A stretch of 64,000 nt of DNA, from contig CAZARM010000004.1 in NCBI GenBank assembly GCA_964487615.1, positions 1,818 through 65,817 of the forward strand, given 5' to 3'. Position numbers and translations under genes: made by a program. This stretch comes from an uncultured Candidatus Saccharibacteria bacterium. GTDB lineage: Bacteria > Patescibacteriota > Saccharimonadia > Saccharimonadales > CAZARM01. The notes beneath the pieces are model-generated. The model made no database searches. It was not told the DNA's origin and saw only the letters and a list, made by a program, of their open reading frames with translations. Position 1 is the stretch's first letter; every line of letters starts with the position of its first letter. Below are positions 1 to 10,264 of the stretch, in pieces.

Positions 1-53
1 CAGCCGAAAAAATGCAACCCATGATGGGTGCCCTAAGCAGCCTCGGCCTGTAA
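1..53 (+). CDS. 3' end of a gene running off the left edge (possibly YbaB/EbfC-type nucleoid-associated protein)
   Basis: Frame open from the edge, ...AEKMQPMMGALSSLGL then TAA at 51-53. ybaB-recR adjacency is a common synteny, but 16 residues cannot prove identity. Confidence 0.3.
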   Translation, partial: AEKMQPMMGALSSLGL

Positions 54-67
54 GTATTGGTTAGACC

Positions 68-673
68 ATGCACGTACTGCCACCGGCTCTAGAGAAGGTT
101 ATAGAGGCCATCGGCGTATTGCCGGGCGCTGGTCCACGAACTGCAGAACGTTACGCTTACTACTTATTAAAGGCCGACCCGATTAATGCCGCGCGGTTGG
201 CAGAAACTCTCACTAATCTCCACGACGGGGTCGGCTACTGTCAAAAAACTTTTGCTTTGGTAGAAAAGGGCAAGGAGATTTCCGATCTATACACTGACCC
301 TTCGCGTGACAAAACACTGGTCGCTATAGTTGCCGAACCTTTTGATATCGTAGCGCTGGAGAAAACTGGTCAGTTTAAGGGAACCTACCACGTTCTTGGC
401 GGCTTGGTATCTCCGATTGACGGTATCGGACCCGAACAGTTGCATGTTGCTGAGTTACTCCAGCGCATCGACGAAGACCGGGTAGTGGAAATCATCCTAG
501 CCACTAATGCCAGCGTCGAAGGCGAGTCCACAGCGCTTTATATCCAGCAGCAGCTTGGCGATAAGAAAGTGCGCATCTCGCGCTTGGCCCGAGGCTTGCC
601 GGTAGGCGTGGACCTAGAGTATGCCGACCAGATTACACTCGGCAGAGCGCTGGAAGGACGAACAGCAGTATGA
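68..673 (+). CDS. recR: Recombination protein RecR
   Basis: N-terminal HhH (LPGAGPRTAERYAYYLL), Toprim core (LVAIVAEPFDIVALEKTG, ILATNASVEGESTALYI) and C-terminal RLARGLPVGVDLEYAD. The usual C4 zinc-finger cysteines are mostly absent. Confidence 0.9.
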   Translation: MHVLPPALEKVIEAIGVLPGAGPRTAERYAYYLLKADPINAARLAETLTNLHDGVGYCQKTFALVEKGKEISDLYTDPSRDKTLVAIVAEPFDIVALEKTGQFKGTYHVLGGLVSPIDGIGPEQLHVAELLQRIDEDRVVEIILATNASVEGESTALYIQQQLGDKKVRISRLARGLPVGVDLEYADQITLGRALEGRTAV

Positions 674-1677
674 GTGAAGCCCAGGAAATCAAAGTGCTGG
701 TTGACTCAGCGACACATATCGTAATTATGCAAGCCGATAACCCGGATGGTGACAGCTTGGCCAGTGCTCTAGCGCTGGAGCAAATCCTGGGAGATTTGGG
801 CAAACAACCTTCGCTTTATTGCGGGGCTGATATACCCACGTACTTGCGCTACTTGCCAGGCTGGGACCGCGTCAGTCAGGATTTGCCCCATAAGTTTGAG
901 CTGAGTATCATAGTCGATACTTCGTCAATTAGTTTGTTTGAAAATTTGGAAAAATCTGGGCAGAAACCAGTAGTCGCCAGCAAACCATGCATTGTCCTGG
1001 ATCATCACAATGTTGAGGCTTCAATTCCGTTTGCAACTGTCTCACTTAATCAACGAGCCGTGGCCACCGGTGAAGTTATCCATGAGTTAGCCCATGAGCT
1101 TGGTTGGGAACTTAACCAGACCGCCCGCGAAATGTTGGCTATTTCGATTATGGCCGATTCTCTAGGATTAGTTTCCGAGGGCACTACACCGCGCAGTATT
1201 CACATTATCGGTGAGCTAGTAGAAGCTGGAGTTAGCCTGGCAGCACTTGACGACGCCCGCAAGCAATCGATGCGAAAGAGCCCTGAGCTACTGCCGTACA
1301 AGGGCGATTTGCTCAAGCGAATTGAATTTCATGACAATAACCGCATCGCTACCATCACCATCCCGTGGGAGGAAATCGAAAAGTACAGCCCGCTATACAA
1401 CCCCTCGATGTTGGTCATCGATGAAATGCGTTTTGCGGAAGGCACAGATATTGCCATCGCCTTCAAAACCTATCCGGACGGCAAGGTGACAGCGAAAATA
1501 CGGGCTAACTATGGTGTAGGTATTGCCGGAGAGCTGGCCAAGCACTTCGGTGGCGGTGGCCATCCGTATGCGAGCGGCTTCAAGATACAAGACGGTAGGC
1601 CGTTTAACCAGATAAAATCAGAGTGTATAGCTAAGACTGCCGAATTGCTTGCTAAACTCGAGCCAGGAACAAATTGA
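670..1677 (+). CDS. DHH/DHHA1 phosphoesterase (NrnA-like oligoribonuclease/pAp phosphatase)
   Basis: DHH motif (VLDHHN) and DHHA1 GGGH motif (FGGGGHPYASGF). 4-nt overlap with recR. Confidence 0.8.
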   Translation: MSEAQEIKVLVDSATHIVIMQADNPDGDSLASALALEQILGDLGKQPSLYCGADIPTYLRYLPGWDRVSQDLPHKFELSIIVDTSSISLFENLEKSGQKPVVASKPCIVLDHHNVEASIPFATVSLNQRAVATGEVIHELAHELGWELNQTAREMLAISIMADSLGLVSEGTTPRSIHIIGELVEAGVSLAALDDARKQSMRKSPELLPYKGDLLKRIEFHDNNRIATITIPWEEIEKYSPLYNPSMLVIDEMRFAEGTDIAIAFKTYPDGKVTAKIRANYGVGIAGELAKHFGGGGHPYASGFKIQDGRPFNQIKSECIAKTAELLAKLEPGTN

Positions 1678-3089
1678 TGAAGCTACACAATACACTCAGC
1701 CGCAAAATAGAGGACATTAAACCGGTCAACGAAAAACAGGTCACTGTATATTCTTGTGGTCCTACGGTTTATGACCACATCCACATCGGAAATCTCAGTT
1801 CTTTTATTTACGTCGATACACTACGGCGGGTTTTGAAGACTGCCGGTTATAGCGTGAAGCACGTTATGAACTTTACCGACGTCGACGACAAAACCATCCG
1901 CCGCAGCCTTGAGCGTTACCCCGACCTGGAGCCAATGGAAGCACTCCAAAAGCTGACAGCCGAGTACGGGCAAATCTTTCTAGCTGACATGGGGGCTATC
2001 GGCAATGACGTTGAGGCTTTAATATTCGTACACGCCACCAAAAGCATCCTAAGCATGCAGCAGTTGATTAGTCGTCTACACAAAGATGGCTTTGCCTATA
2101 TCACCGATGATGGCGCGTATTTTTCTATAGAGAAATACCGAGCCAGCGGCAAGCAATATGGCCAGCTCTTAGATTTAAGTCTAGAGAACACCAGCGTCGC
2201 ACGCATCGATAATGATGAGTACGACAAAGAGTCAGTGCACGACTTTGCCCTTTGGAAGAAGCAAAAACCCGGTGAACCGGCTTGGGATTTCACGCTGGAT
2301 GGTCAGGACCTAAAGGGCCGGCCCGGCTGGCATATCGAGTGTTCGGCTATGAGTGTTCAGAACCTAGGCCAGCCTTTTGATATCCACACTGGCGGAGTTG
2401 ACCTGACATTCCCGCATCATGAAAATGAAATTGCCCAGAGCACAGCCGGCAAACAAGCAGCCTATGCTAATCTGTTTTTCCACAATGAGCACTTGCTAGT
2501 AGATGGCAAGAAAATGAGCAAATCGCTAAATAACTTCACGACACTTAAGGATATTGTTGACAAGGGGTTTGACCCATTAGCGTTCCGTCTGATGATCCTG
2601 CAGAGTCATTATCATTCTCAAAGCAACTTCACGTGGGAGAATCTGGAAGCCGCTCAAAACCGCTTGCGCGACTTGCAAGCCTGGGCCGACTTAAGATTCC
2701 AGCCGAGCGCCGAGTCAATGCCTCCTGAGTTAGGTGCACTTTTCGGGGATACCCTTCATAACATGCGTACTGCCGCCGAGGATAACCTTAACATTCCTTC
2801 GGCTTTAATCAGCCTCGGGAAGATAGTCAGTTGGATGCAACAACATCCCGTTCCTGGAGTTGAGGATGAGCGTATTGACGGGACACTTAGAATGATTGAT
2901 GATTTGCTGGGCTTAAATTTGAGCACCCGTAACGACATTACGGTCGGGCAGAAACAGCAATTAGCCGAGCGCCAGAAAGCTCGAGAGTCAAATGACTGGA
3001 CAAAGTCCGATCAAATTCGAGATAAATTGAGCGAGCAGGGAATTGGCGTGCGAGACACCGACTTTGGTTCCCAATGGTATCGGCTCTAG
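1674..3089 (+). CDS. cysS: Cysteine--tRNA ligase
   Basis: Class I signatures HIGN and KMSKS, plus WHIECSAM and FPHHENEIAQ blocks typical of CysRS. Confidence 0.93.
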   Translation: MMKLHNTLSRKIEDIKPVNEKQVTVYSCGPTVYDHIHIGNLSSFIYVDTLRRVLKTAGYSVKHVMNFTDVDDKTIRRSLERYPDLEPMEALQKLTAEYGQIFLADMGAIGNDVEALIFVHATKSILSMQQLISRLHKDGFAYITDDGAYFSIEKYRASGKQYGQLLDLSLENTSVARIDNDEYDKESVHDFALWKKQKPGEPAWDFTLDGQDLKGRPGWHIECSAMSVQNLGQPFDIHTGGVDLTFPHHENEIAQSTAGKQAAYANLFFHNEHLLVDGKKMSKSLNNFTTLKDIVDKGFDPLAFRLMILQSHYHSQSNFTWENLEAAQNRLRDLQAWADLRFQPSAESMPPELGALFGDTLHNMRTAAEDNLNIPSALISLGKIVSWMQQHPVPGVEDERIDGTLRMIDDLLGLNLSTRNDITVGQKQQLAERQKARESNDWTKSDQIRDKLSEQGIGVRDTDFGSQWYRL

Positions 3090-4183
3090 GTGTTTTCTTC
3101 GATGGTTTCGCGTGACGGCAAGCGTTTGCCAAAGTAATCCTCAACTAGAATTCGCAAGCAACCAGCTATCGGTATTGCAGCCAGTGCGCCCAGTAAGCCG
3201 CCGACACCAGCTCCCAATAGAGCTGCCACAAAGACCATGAGTGGTGTTAGTTGGTTAGCCCGGGCCTGAATATAAGGCTGTAGTGTGGTGTTTTCTATTT
3301 GCTGGTATAGGAAGTAGTAAGCGCCCATCATGATGGCGAACGGCGTCGAGGCGAACAAGCACATCACCACAACGATAGCGGCTCCCAACGTGTTTCCGAT
3401 CAACGGGATCAAGCCAAAGACAAAGGTGATACCGGCCAGCGCCACAGCATTAACTGAGGTATTGAAGATAGCATTGCCGATCAACAGTGCTACTAGCGCA
3501 AAGCTAGCTGCGATTCCAGCTATGAGCACCTGTCCGTTGACATAGCCGGTCACAACCCGGTACATGCGCTTGGCAATTGTCCGGTGATGTCCGCGCTTAT
3601 CAACGGGAACAATTTTCAGTATTCCTTCAAACCACAGCGGACCCTCAATAAGCATCATGAAGGTCAGGACCAGCACTGTAATTATTGAGACCAGCGTACC
3701 GACGGCCCGACTCGCGGTATTGAGCAACGGATCTCTTAGATCACCTTTGTGGTTTTGTATGTCATTACTCCAACTAGTCAGTTGGTCATCCAAGTGATAT
3801 CGTGTTATAAAACGGGCTGCAGCTGAATCCTGGGTTTGGAATTTCTGAACGTTCCCAGGAATATCCTGGACAAAGTCGCTAGACTGACGCACAAGTGGTG
3901 GAACCACTAACATCAAAAAGCCAACTAGTAGACTCAGAACTATTAGATAGGCGACACCAGTGGCACGACCCCGGCTTTTGCTAGGTAGCTTGACAGTCAA
4001 CCAAGAAACGGCAGGATTGAGGGCTAGAGCCAAGAAAGCCGCCACACCGATCAGGGTGAGTTGGTGGGTCACGCTATCGAATAACCGGAGAAGTAGGAAG
4101 AAGACGACCGTCAGGGCGATTGCTTTGATTATGGTTTCGGTACTGATGGTTATTGTTTTATCTGATCTTTTAAAGAATCTCAT
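3086..4183 (-). CDS. AI-2E family (PerM/UPF0118) membrane transporter
   Basis: 365 aa with about 8 hydrophobic spans. The layout, with a glycine-rich C-terminal TM bundle, is typical of AI-2E permeases. Confidence 0.7.
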   Translation of the reverse strand: MRFFKRSDKTITISTETIIKAIALTVVFFLLLRLFDSVTHQLTLIGVAAFLALALNPAVSWLTVKLPSKSRGRATGVAYLIVLSLLVGFLMLVVPPLVRQSSDFVQDIPGNVQKFQTQDSAAARFITRYHLDDQLTSWSNDIQNHKGDLRDPLLNTASRAVGTLVSIITVLVLTFMMLIEGPLWFEGILKIVPVDKRGHHRTIAKRMYRVVTGYVNGQVLIAGIAASFALVALLIGNAIFNTSVNAVALAGITFVFGLIPLIGNTLGAAIVVVMCLFASTPFAIMMGAYYFLYQQIENTTLQPYIQARANQLTPLMVFVAALLGAGVGGLLGALAAIPIAGCLRILVEDYFGKRLPSRETIEENT

Positions 4184-4200
4184 AGGCTCTGATTATGCCG

Positions 4201-5331
4201 TTATTGCTTGGTTTTTGCAATTGCGCGCGCGTAAGAGCCCAGTAACCTTTCACCAACTTCGCGAACGTCAAATTGATGTACGTATTCGCGTTGCCATTTA
4301 TTGGCTGACTGTCGAGCCCGGTAGTTGTGCAGAAAGTGCTTGATGGTCTTGGCAAAGGCTTCGGTATTCTTGGGGTGTACTAACTGTTCCGAGCGGGCAC
4401 TCATAACCGATTTATAGCCGATATTGTCACCCGCGATAACAACCTGTGCTCCGGCGGCCATGGCTTCAACCAATACTATGCCAAAACTTTCGCCACCGGT
4501 GCTGGGGAAAACAGCAATGTCTGCAGCTGCTAGAATATTAGGCTTGTCTTCTTCGCTGACAAAACCCGTGAACTGCACGATTTGTTTCAAGTGATGTTGC
4601 TGAACAAACTGTTTGAGCTTTGGTTCTAGCGGCCCTTTGCCGCAAACCAGCACCCGGACCCTAGCTAGTTCGTGATGGTCATTTAACAGCTGAATAGCCC
4701 GCAAGAAATGCAGTCCGCCTTTGCGCTCCACCAAGCGGCCTAAGAAAACTATATTGAGCTTGTCGTCACGATACTGTCGAGGTTTCTTGCCCGTCAAAAA
4801 ATGTTGCACATTTACAGCATTGGGGATGACAGTGGAGTCTAGTCTGAAAGTTTTCTTGGCAAACAGCCGCGCTGGTGGCGACACACTGTGTACTGCGGCA
4901 AAACGTTTGAGGTTGCGCCGCAGTAGCAGCCCAAGTAACCTAGTAGCCACCGTTTCCCACCATGAAAAGGGAATGATATGAAAGGTCCCAACGACTGCCG
5001 TTGAAGCAGGCGCCAGTTTGACGACTCGACCAGCCAGCAAGGGGCTGTAAGGCATTTGAACATGCAAGACATCAAATTGCTCAGCTTCCAAGAGTGTTCG
5101 GATCCGAGCTTTTGACGCTGGCAAGGGAGTGCTCATTCGGTTTTGGTTGAAGTGAGCCCGGACATTTCGGCTGAGGGAGTGAATGTGGGGGAGATCGGTG
5201 CGTTTAGTCTCGCCCACAAGATAATGAACATCATGGCCATGCGCCAAAAACCAGCGGCCCAGTGTCAAAATGTACTGCTGTACACCGTCGGTCTTGTCCA
5301 AAGAATCGTCTAACACAAAGCCTATTTTCAT
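4201..5331 (-). CDS. Glycosyltransferase family 4 (GT-B)
   Basis: C-terminal GT4 signature FPSTGGESFGIVLVEAMAAG (E-x7-E) and an N-terminal GT4-type Rossmann half. Confidence 0.8.
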   Translation of the reverse strand: MKIGFVLDDSLDKTDGVQQYILTLGRWFLAHGHDVHYLVGETKRTDLPHIHSLSRNVRAHFNQNRMSTPLPASKARIRTLLEAEQFDVLHVQMPYSPLLAGRVVKLAPASTAVVGTFHIIPFSWWETVATRLLGLLLRRNLKRFAAVHSVSPPARLFAKKTFRLDSTVIPNAVNVQHFLTGKKPRQYRDDKLNIVFLGRLVERKGGLHFLRAIQLLNDHHELARVRVLVCGKGPLEPKLKQFVQQHHLKQIVQFTGFVSEEDKPNILAAADIAVFPSTGGESFGIVLVEAMAAGAQVVIAGDNIGYKSVMSARSEQLVHPKNTEAFAKTIKHFLHNYRARQSANKWQREYVHQFDVREVGERLLGSYARAIAKTKQ

Positions 5332-5398
5332 TACGGATAGCGTATAGCGTTTAGTGTGTAGGGTCTAGTCATGTAAATAACTTAGTCGATCGCGTAAT

Positions 5399-6508
5399 TT
5401 ATTTCATGAGCTTTTTGTAGAGGGCTTCGTACTTGTCGACTACGTGGGTGTATGAGAATTGCTCTACGTATTCCCGTGCCCAGGTTCGGTAAACACTTCT
5501 TAGTGCATCGTTTCTGAGCATTACTGACAAACGTCGTGCGAATTCACCACTGTCTTTGGGGTTCACAATTGATAGCTCGCCGGTGCCTTGGAGCACGGCC
5601 GTGTAGCCTGGATTGTTGCCAGCTACTATGGGTAGTCCCGCGGCCATAGCTTCCAGTAGCACGATACCAAAACTTTCGCCGTACAATGCCGGCGAAACAA
5701 ACAGCCCGGCCTGGGCTAACAGTTTTAGTTTCCGCTTATTTGTGACAAAGCCCAGGAATTCTACCCGCGGAATAGCTTGCTCGCGCACATAGTTTTCCAG
5801 TTTTTCGCGGTCCGGTCCATCACCGACAATCACCAGCCGGGCTTCTGGGTCCTTGCTGGACATCAGATTAAATGCCCGAAGCAAATATTTCACCCCCTTG
5901 CGGCGCTCCAAGCGTCCAATAAACAGTATCGAGTTCTGGTCTCCGCTGTCTGAATTCTGAACTTTGTAATTATTGAGGTCAATTCCATTGGGGATAATGG
6001 TGATCGGCGAGTCAGTCAGGCTACGTACGTACTCGGCAGCAGCCTCTGATACGGCTGTAAGCTCCTGTAAATACTTCATTATGGAGCGAGTGTAGGGCGT
6101 TATGACTTTCTCTATAGTCCGGCTCATCATCGTTTCCGGCAGCTTGGCATGAAAGGTCGCAATGTTCTTGCTTTTGGAACGAGACAGAATTTGCATGCTA
6201 ACCATCGGCACCCAGGGTTCGTGAAAGTGCAGAATGTCGAATTTTTCTTGGGCCAAGACTTTATCAATAGCTTCAGGATCCAAGCTAACTGACACCTGGG
6301 CAGTGGTGTGAAAAGGCGACTTAACATCCGTGGCCCGGCCAATGAATATCACATCGGGTATATGATGGCCGCTTTTTTCAAGTGGTCGTGGTGTAATTAT
6401 CTTGACACTGTGGCCACGACGTTTAAGCTCGACCTGCATCGCCAGTACGCACTCCTGTACGCCACCGCCTTTGAAAATATTATAAGGACAAACTAAACCG
6501 ATATGCAT
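5399..6508 (-). CDS. Glycosyltransferase family 4 (GT-B)
   Basis: SPALYGESFGIVLLEAMAAGLP (E-x7-E). Paralogous in layout to the neighbouring GT4. Confidence 0.8.
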   Translation of the reverse strand: MHIGLVCPYNIFKGGGVQECVLAMQVELKRRGHSVKIITPRPLEKSGHHIPDVIFIGRATDVKSPFHTTAQVSVSLDPEAIDKVLAQEKFDILHFHEPWVPMVSMQILSRSKSKNIATFHAKLPETMMSRTIEKVITPYTRSIMKYLQELTAVSEAAAEYVRSLTDSPITIIPNGIDLNNYKVQNSDSGDQNSILFIGRLERRKGVKYLLRAFNLMSSKDPEARLVIVGDGPDREKLENYVREQAIPRVEFLGFVTNKRKLKLLAQAGLFVSPALYGESFGIVLLEAMAAGLPIVAGNNPGYTAVLQGTGELSIVNPKDSGEFARRLSVMLRNDALRSVYRTWAREYVEQFSYTHVVDKYEALYKKLMK

Positions 6509-6532
6509 TATTAACGTTAGTATAACAGGAGG

Positions 6533-7456
6533 CTAAGCTGCTAAAAGCTCGCGAATTTTCTGGGGCAGCATCGGCGCGGCTGTCTTCATGTCGGCAATAA
6601 CGCTTGGCGCATGCTTGTCCATCTGTGCCATGACCGTTTCTACGTGGTTAAAAATCACTTTTAGATGCTGTTCTACGCGATAATTGTCAAAATAGTTATC
6701 CGCCTCCACCCCAATGTGCCAGACCGGCAGATTAGCTCGTTTTTTGCAGTTGTCCAGCGTCAAAAACTCATAAAGTGTTTCGGCGTGAGTACGCAAGTCA
6801 TTGGCATGCCACAAGTGGATCTCAAAATCCATAATATCTTTCTTGTCCACTCGGCTAATGTTTTGAAACTTTTGTTTGGCGTTATGGGTGCGGGCGTAGG
6901 CTAACCGCAAAACGGTAGGGTGCAAAAATACATTTCTGAAAAATACAGATGTCATCTTGTGCGAAAAGAAGGCGGCAGTTGATTGGTACAGAAAATGCCT
7001 GGTCTTACTAAAGTTAAAATCATCCCGATGTGAGAAACCAGCCACCGAGACCAGTAAATCAACGCTGTCAACTAGATCAGGGCAGCGTTGCAGCATGCGT
7101 GTGGCTACTACAAAGCCAAAACTTAAGCCTGCGATAGTGACTTTTTTACCCCGAAAACGCAATTTTATAAAGGCCGCTAGGTAGTCGGCTAAGTTATCGA
7201 TAGTTGGCTGCTCATGAATCTTGTAGAAGCTCTCCATACCGCCAAAGCCCGGCAAGTCCGGCATAGTCACGCTGCCATACTGGTTAAGGTCTTGGACGAC
7301 GCCCCACCAGCGTTCCAGGCTCGAATGGTGCCCATAGACAAACAAGATATCGCGCTTCTTCCCTTTGGGGGCAGGGAGATATAACATCCGACCTTGGAGG
7401 CCGCTCATATATAGGGGCACTATATAGTCCTGGGGTTTGGCTACTTTTTTGCTCAT
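6533..7456 (-). CDS. Alpha/beta-fold hydrolase
   Basis: HG-type oxyanion region (FVYGHHSS) and nucleophile elbow G-L-S-F-G. Confidence 0.65.
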   Translation of the reverse strand: MSKKVAKPQDYIVPLYMSGLQGRMLYLPAPKGKKRDILFVYGHHSSLERWWGVVQDLNQYGSVTMPDLPGFGGMESFYKIHEQPTIDNLADYLAAFIKLRFRGKKVTIAGLSFGFVVATRMLQRCPDLVDSVDLLVSVAGFSHRDDFNFSKTRHFLYQSTAAFFSHKMTSVFFRNVFLHPTVLRLAYARTHNAKQKFQNISRVDKKDIMDFEIHLWHANDLRTHAETLYEFLTLDNCKKRANLPVWHIGVEADNYFDNYRVEQHLKVIFNHVETVMAQMDKHAPSVIADMKTAAPMLPQKIRELLAA

Positions 7457-7508
7457 AAACTTCCTGGCAGCACTTTACCGGACAAAGCGTAGACTTGGCA
7501 AGCGACGA

Positions 7509-8384
7509 TTACTCATACAATGAATTAGTACCGACCCAAATAAACTCCCAAGGTTCCGGTTCTGGGCCAGTTTGGGTAGCTCCTTCTGGGTAGCTGGGCA
7601 CCCAACCGGCTTTTTTGGCGTTTTCAAAGTTGTTTTTGCTGAGCCAAGTGTAGCACTTGGTACGAATAAATGCGTCTAGCCCCACGCCGTCGCAGGCCAG
7701 GTCCATGGTATAGCCAGTATGGTGGCGAGAGTAGCCGGGTATCGCCGCCCGGCTGAGCACCGTCTCTAGTTCATCGTCGGCATGGCCGTCCATGATTGTA
7801 TAGACGTTAACCCCGGCATCTTTCATCCGTCGCAGAAACAACGCGCGCTGATATTCAATAGATCGGTAAGCAGACGTCATCTGGAGGGGGATATGTTCGC
7901 TAGCGGCAGAAGCCTTTAACTGCTGCCAAGCCATCAGGGCATTGGGTTGGATCAAATCATCACCGTCCAGACCCGGCTCACCAGTTTTGACTATTGAAGC
8001 TACGGGCAGGGCACTGAGCTTGTAACCGCGACGCACCGCGATTGCTCGTATGCGGACGTCAACTTCCGGGTAGCCAGTAATTACTGGAGGGTCGGTGATA
8101 GGCTGTGTATTTGGGTAGACAAAGGCGTTATAGAGGCTCTTGAACTGGGCGGCGGTGAAGGTCTTGAGCACTTTGGGCTTAGCTGCAACTACCGCTTGCT
8201 GCTGCACATCTGTTGGTTGATTTGTATTGCTGACCTGCTTGGTAATCAGTTCCTGGCCAAACATCACATAGCTCACGACACCCACACAAATAAGCAACGC
8301 CGAAATCACATAGCGCTTCTTAACACGTTTTTTCTTTCGTTGTTGTTTGAGGGTTTCAAAATAATGCGGTTCTAATACGCGCAT
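7509..8384 (-). CDS. Peptidase M15 (VanY-like D-alanyl-D-alanine carboxypeptidase), membrane anchored
   Basis: N-terminal TM segment. M15B motifs SAYRSxxxQ, GYSRHHTGYTMD and EPWEF. Confidence 0.75.
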   Translation of the reverse strand: MRVLEPHYFETLKQQRKKKRVKKRYVISALLICVGVVSYVMFGQELITKQVSNTNQPTDVQQQAVVAAKPKVLKTFTAAQFKSLYNAFVYPNTQPITDPPVITGYPEVDVRIRAIAVRRGYKLSALPVASIVKTGEPGLDGDDLIQPNALMAWQQLKASAASEHIPLQMTSAYRSIEYQRALFLRRMKDAGVNVYTIMDGHADDELETVLSRAAIPGYSRHHTGYTMDLACDGVGLDAFIRTKCYTWLSKNNFENAKKAGWVPSYPEGATQTGPEPEPWEFIWVGTNSLYE

Positions 8385-8607
8385 AATACATCCAGTATAC
8401 CTGAACCGTTAGCATCTAGCCGGTTCTCTCTGTTGAGATAATCTGTTATTTACTGTAGAATCTACCTGTTCTGACCCGTAAATTTCCAAGCCAAATTCAT
8501 GAGAGGATTCATGAATTTGAGAGGAGGCGACTTGGTCAGTTCGCAAAAGTTGACCAGCAAACTTGTTTTGTGGTCAACTCGGCAAACTGATCGTTACGCG
8601 CCGACGA

Positions 8608-8682
8608 TGGGACGTCGCCAAGTGGTAAGGCACCAGTTTTTGGTACTGGCATTCGTAGGTTCGAATCCTACCGTCCCAGCCA
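8608..8682 (+). tRNA. tRNA-Gln (anticodon UUG) with encoded CCA
   Basis: Hand-folded cloverleaf. Acceptor TGGGACG/CGTCCCA, 3-bp D stem, anticodon stem CCAGT/ACTGG with loop TTTTGGT, T arm GTAGG-TTCGAAT-CCTAC. Close to the E. coli tRNA-Gln pattern. Confidence 0.93.
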
Positions 8683-8719
8683 TATAGAATAGACTACGCT
8701 AGGAAGCGATATTGGCTCC

Positions 8720-8760
8720 AAATCACCCCTGTTATCGGCAGAGGTGATTTTGGTTTGGTT
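8720..8760 (+). terminator. Hairpin plus T-rich tail after tRNA-Gln (possible intrinsic terminator)
   Basis: AAATCACCCCTG / CAGAGGTGATTT stem (one mismatch) with a 7-nt loop, followed by TGGTTTGGTT. Confidence 0.5.
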
Positions 8761-8767
8761 AAGTTTT

Positions 8768-10264
8768 TTACGCATTGGCTAAAATCTCCCTTGTTTGAAC
8801 ACTTTTTCGTGCGATTGCGTTCGTTAATTTAGTGTATTTAACAGATATAGAATTGTCTTTTAGGCTGATTCTTTCAAAAAGTTTGGTTAAAATCAGCCGC
8901 TTTTGGTCATTCTCTATGTTCTCGTCCTTGAACTGACTTTTGGCGTCCTGCGATAGCTCAATTACCGAGATGCCGTTCATGTACTTGTCTTCGTATTCTT
9001 GGCTTAAGCCTCCTTTCTGCTGCTTCAGCCCGTTAATTTCACTAACGAAGGCCTCGTGCTTCGTCTGATAGCGTTCACTTGATATAGCACCGGCTAGCTT
9101 GTCGTCGTAAAGCATCTCGTCCATGCGCTTAATACGTCGTATACGCTGTTCTATGGCTTGCTCAGCCTCTTCCTGGTTGTTGACGGTCAACTCAAAGTCA
9201 GAGCGCAGTAAGTTTGTCAGCCACGAGATTATCTGCTGTGAGGGGCAAACCAAATCGTCTAGCTTAGCCTCAACGTGGGCGGTAACGATATCTTCACGTA
9301 TAAAGTTCTGCGCCTTGCATGCAGGCAGCTTGCGCTGGCAGGCACCGTACAATCGACCCTTCTGCATCTGCCAGGTAATGTTCTTGCCACAATGCTCACA
9401 CAAGATCATACCTTTAAACAATGGATTATGTTTTCGCATCTTGGTTGTAAGTTTTCGGGTTAGCTTATCTTGGACGGCATAGAACAACTTTTCTGGTATA
9501 AGCTTTGGCTGATTACCAGGATACTGCTTACCGTCCCACTGAATAATGCCTATATAAAAAGGGTTCTTTATTATACGATGCACCTGACTGGGAGCGAACG
9601 GCCGACCGTGTTTGGTCAAAATCCCGTACTCGGCCATTTTCTCTCCAAGCTTTTCAACGGTATAACTTGGCTCTAGCGCCAGCTTGAAAACCTTTTGCAT
9701 TGATTTATAGGTTTGTGGGTTAAAGCTATGGATGCGCTTACCATTTTGCATAATCGTCATGTAGCCGGGTGGCGGCGGTCCTGGCATCCAGCCCTGGGCA
9801 AGCTTCTCAGCCCAACCTTTCATAGCCTCTTCACGTAGGTTATCTATATAATTCTTGGCCATAACGACACGGATGCCCCAGTTTAACCACTCTTGTGATC
9901 GGGAGTTTTTGTGCATTACTAAGGAATCTTTAACAAAGTGAACACGGCGAGTTTCGTCATGCATCAGCCAATCATGCGTTTCTACGGCGTCGTGGAGGTT
10001 ACGAACATGCCTATCCACCTTTTCAACGATCAAATTCTTAATATTGTTGTCGGCAATGTACTTCATGGCCTCTTTGAAGGTCTTTCGTTGTTCGGACTTT
10101 GATGCCGACTCAGCTATCTTAAAGACTTTCCTAACTAGCAGACCGGCGTTGCTGCCGTAGGACCTTAATAGTTTGACCTGGGACTCCAGGGAGTATCCTT
10201 CGTCTTCCTGCCCTTTGCTGGAAACGCGAGCAATACCAACGGCGTTATCGTCAGGACTAATCAT
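8768..10264 (-). CDS. Large serine recombinase (resolvase/invertase N-domain, recombinase domain, zinc ribbon, coiled coil)
   Basis: Catalytic region GIARVSSKGQEDEGYSLESQ, Cys cluster CEHCGKN...GACQRKLPACK, long helical C-terminus. 498 aa. Confidence 0.88.
   Translation of the reverse strand: MISPDDNAVGIARVSSKGQEDEGYSLESQVKLLRSYGSNAGLLVRKVFKIAESASKSEQRKTFKEAMKYIADNNIKNLIVEKVDRHVRNLHDAVETHDWLMHDETRRVHFVKDSLVMHKNSRSQEWLNWGIRVVMAKNYIDNLREEAMKGWAEKLAQGWMPGPPPPGYMTIMQNGKRIHSFNPQTYKSMQKVFKLALEPSYTVEKLGEKMAEYGILTKHGRPFAPSQVHRIIKNPFYIGIIQWDGKQYPGNQPKLIPEKLFYAVQDKLTRKLTTKMRKHNPLFKGMILCEHCGKNITWQMQKGRLYGACQRKLPACKAQNFIREDIVTAHVEAKLDDLVCPSQQIISWLTNLLRSDFELTVNNQEEAEQAIEQRIRRIKRMDEMLYDDKLAGAISSERYQTKHEAFVSEINGLKQQKGGLSQEYEDKYMNGISVIELSQDAKSQFKDENIENDQKRLILTKLFERISLKDNSISVKYTKLTNAIARKSVQTREILANA

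Noticed and set aside
8493-8518. Strong hairpin AAATTCATGA-N6-TCATGAATTT, and TGGTCA/TGACCA/TGGTCA alternative pairings, upstream of tRNA-Gln
   Set aside because: There is no U-tract and no recognisable riboswitch or T-box features. It lies in a divergent promoter region, so its function cannot be inferred from sequence alone.
8499-8687. 62-aa tracked ORF
   Set aside because: It runs straight through the tRNA-Gln gene and has no SD, so it is an artefact of the tRNA sequence.
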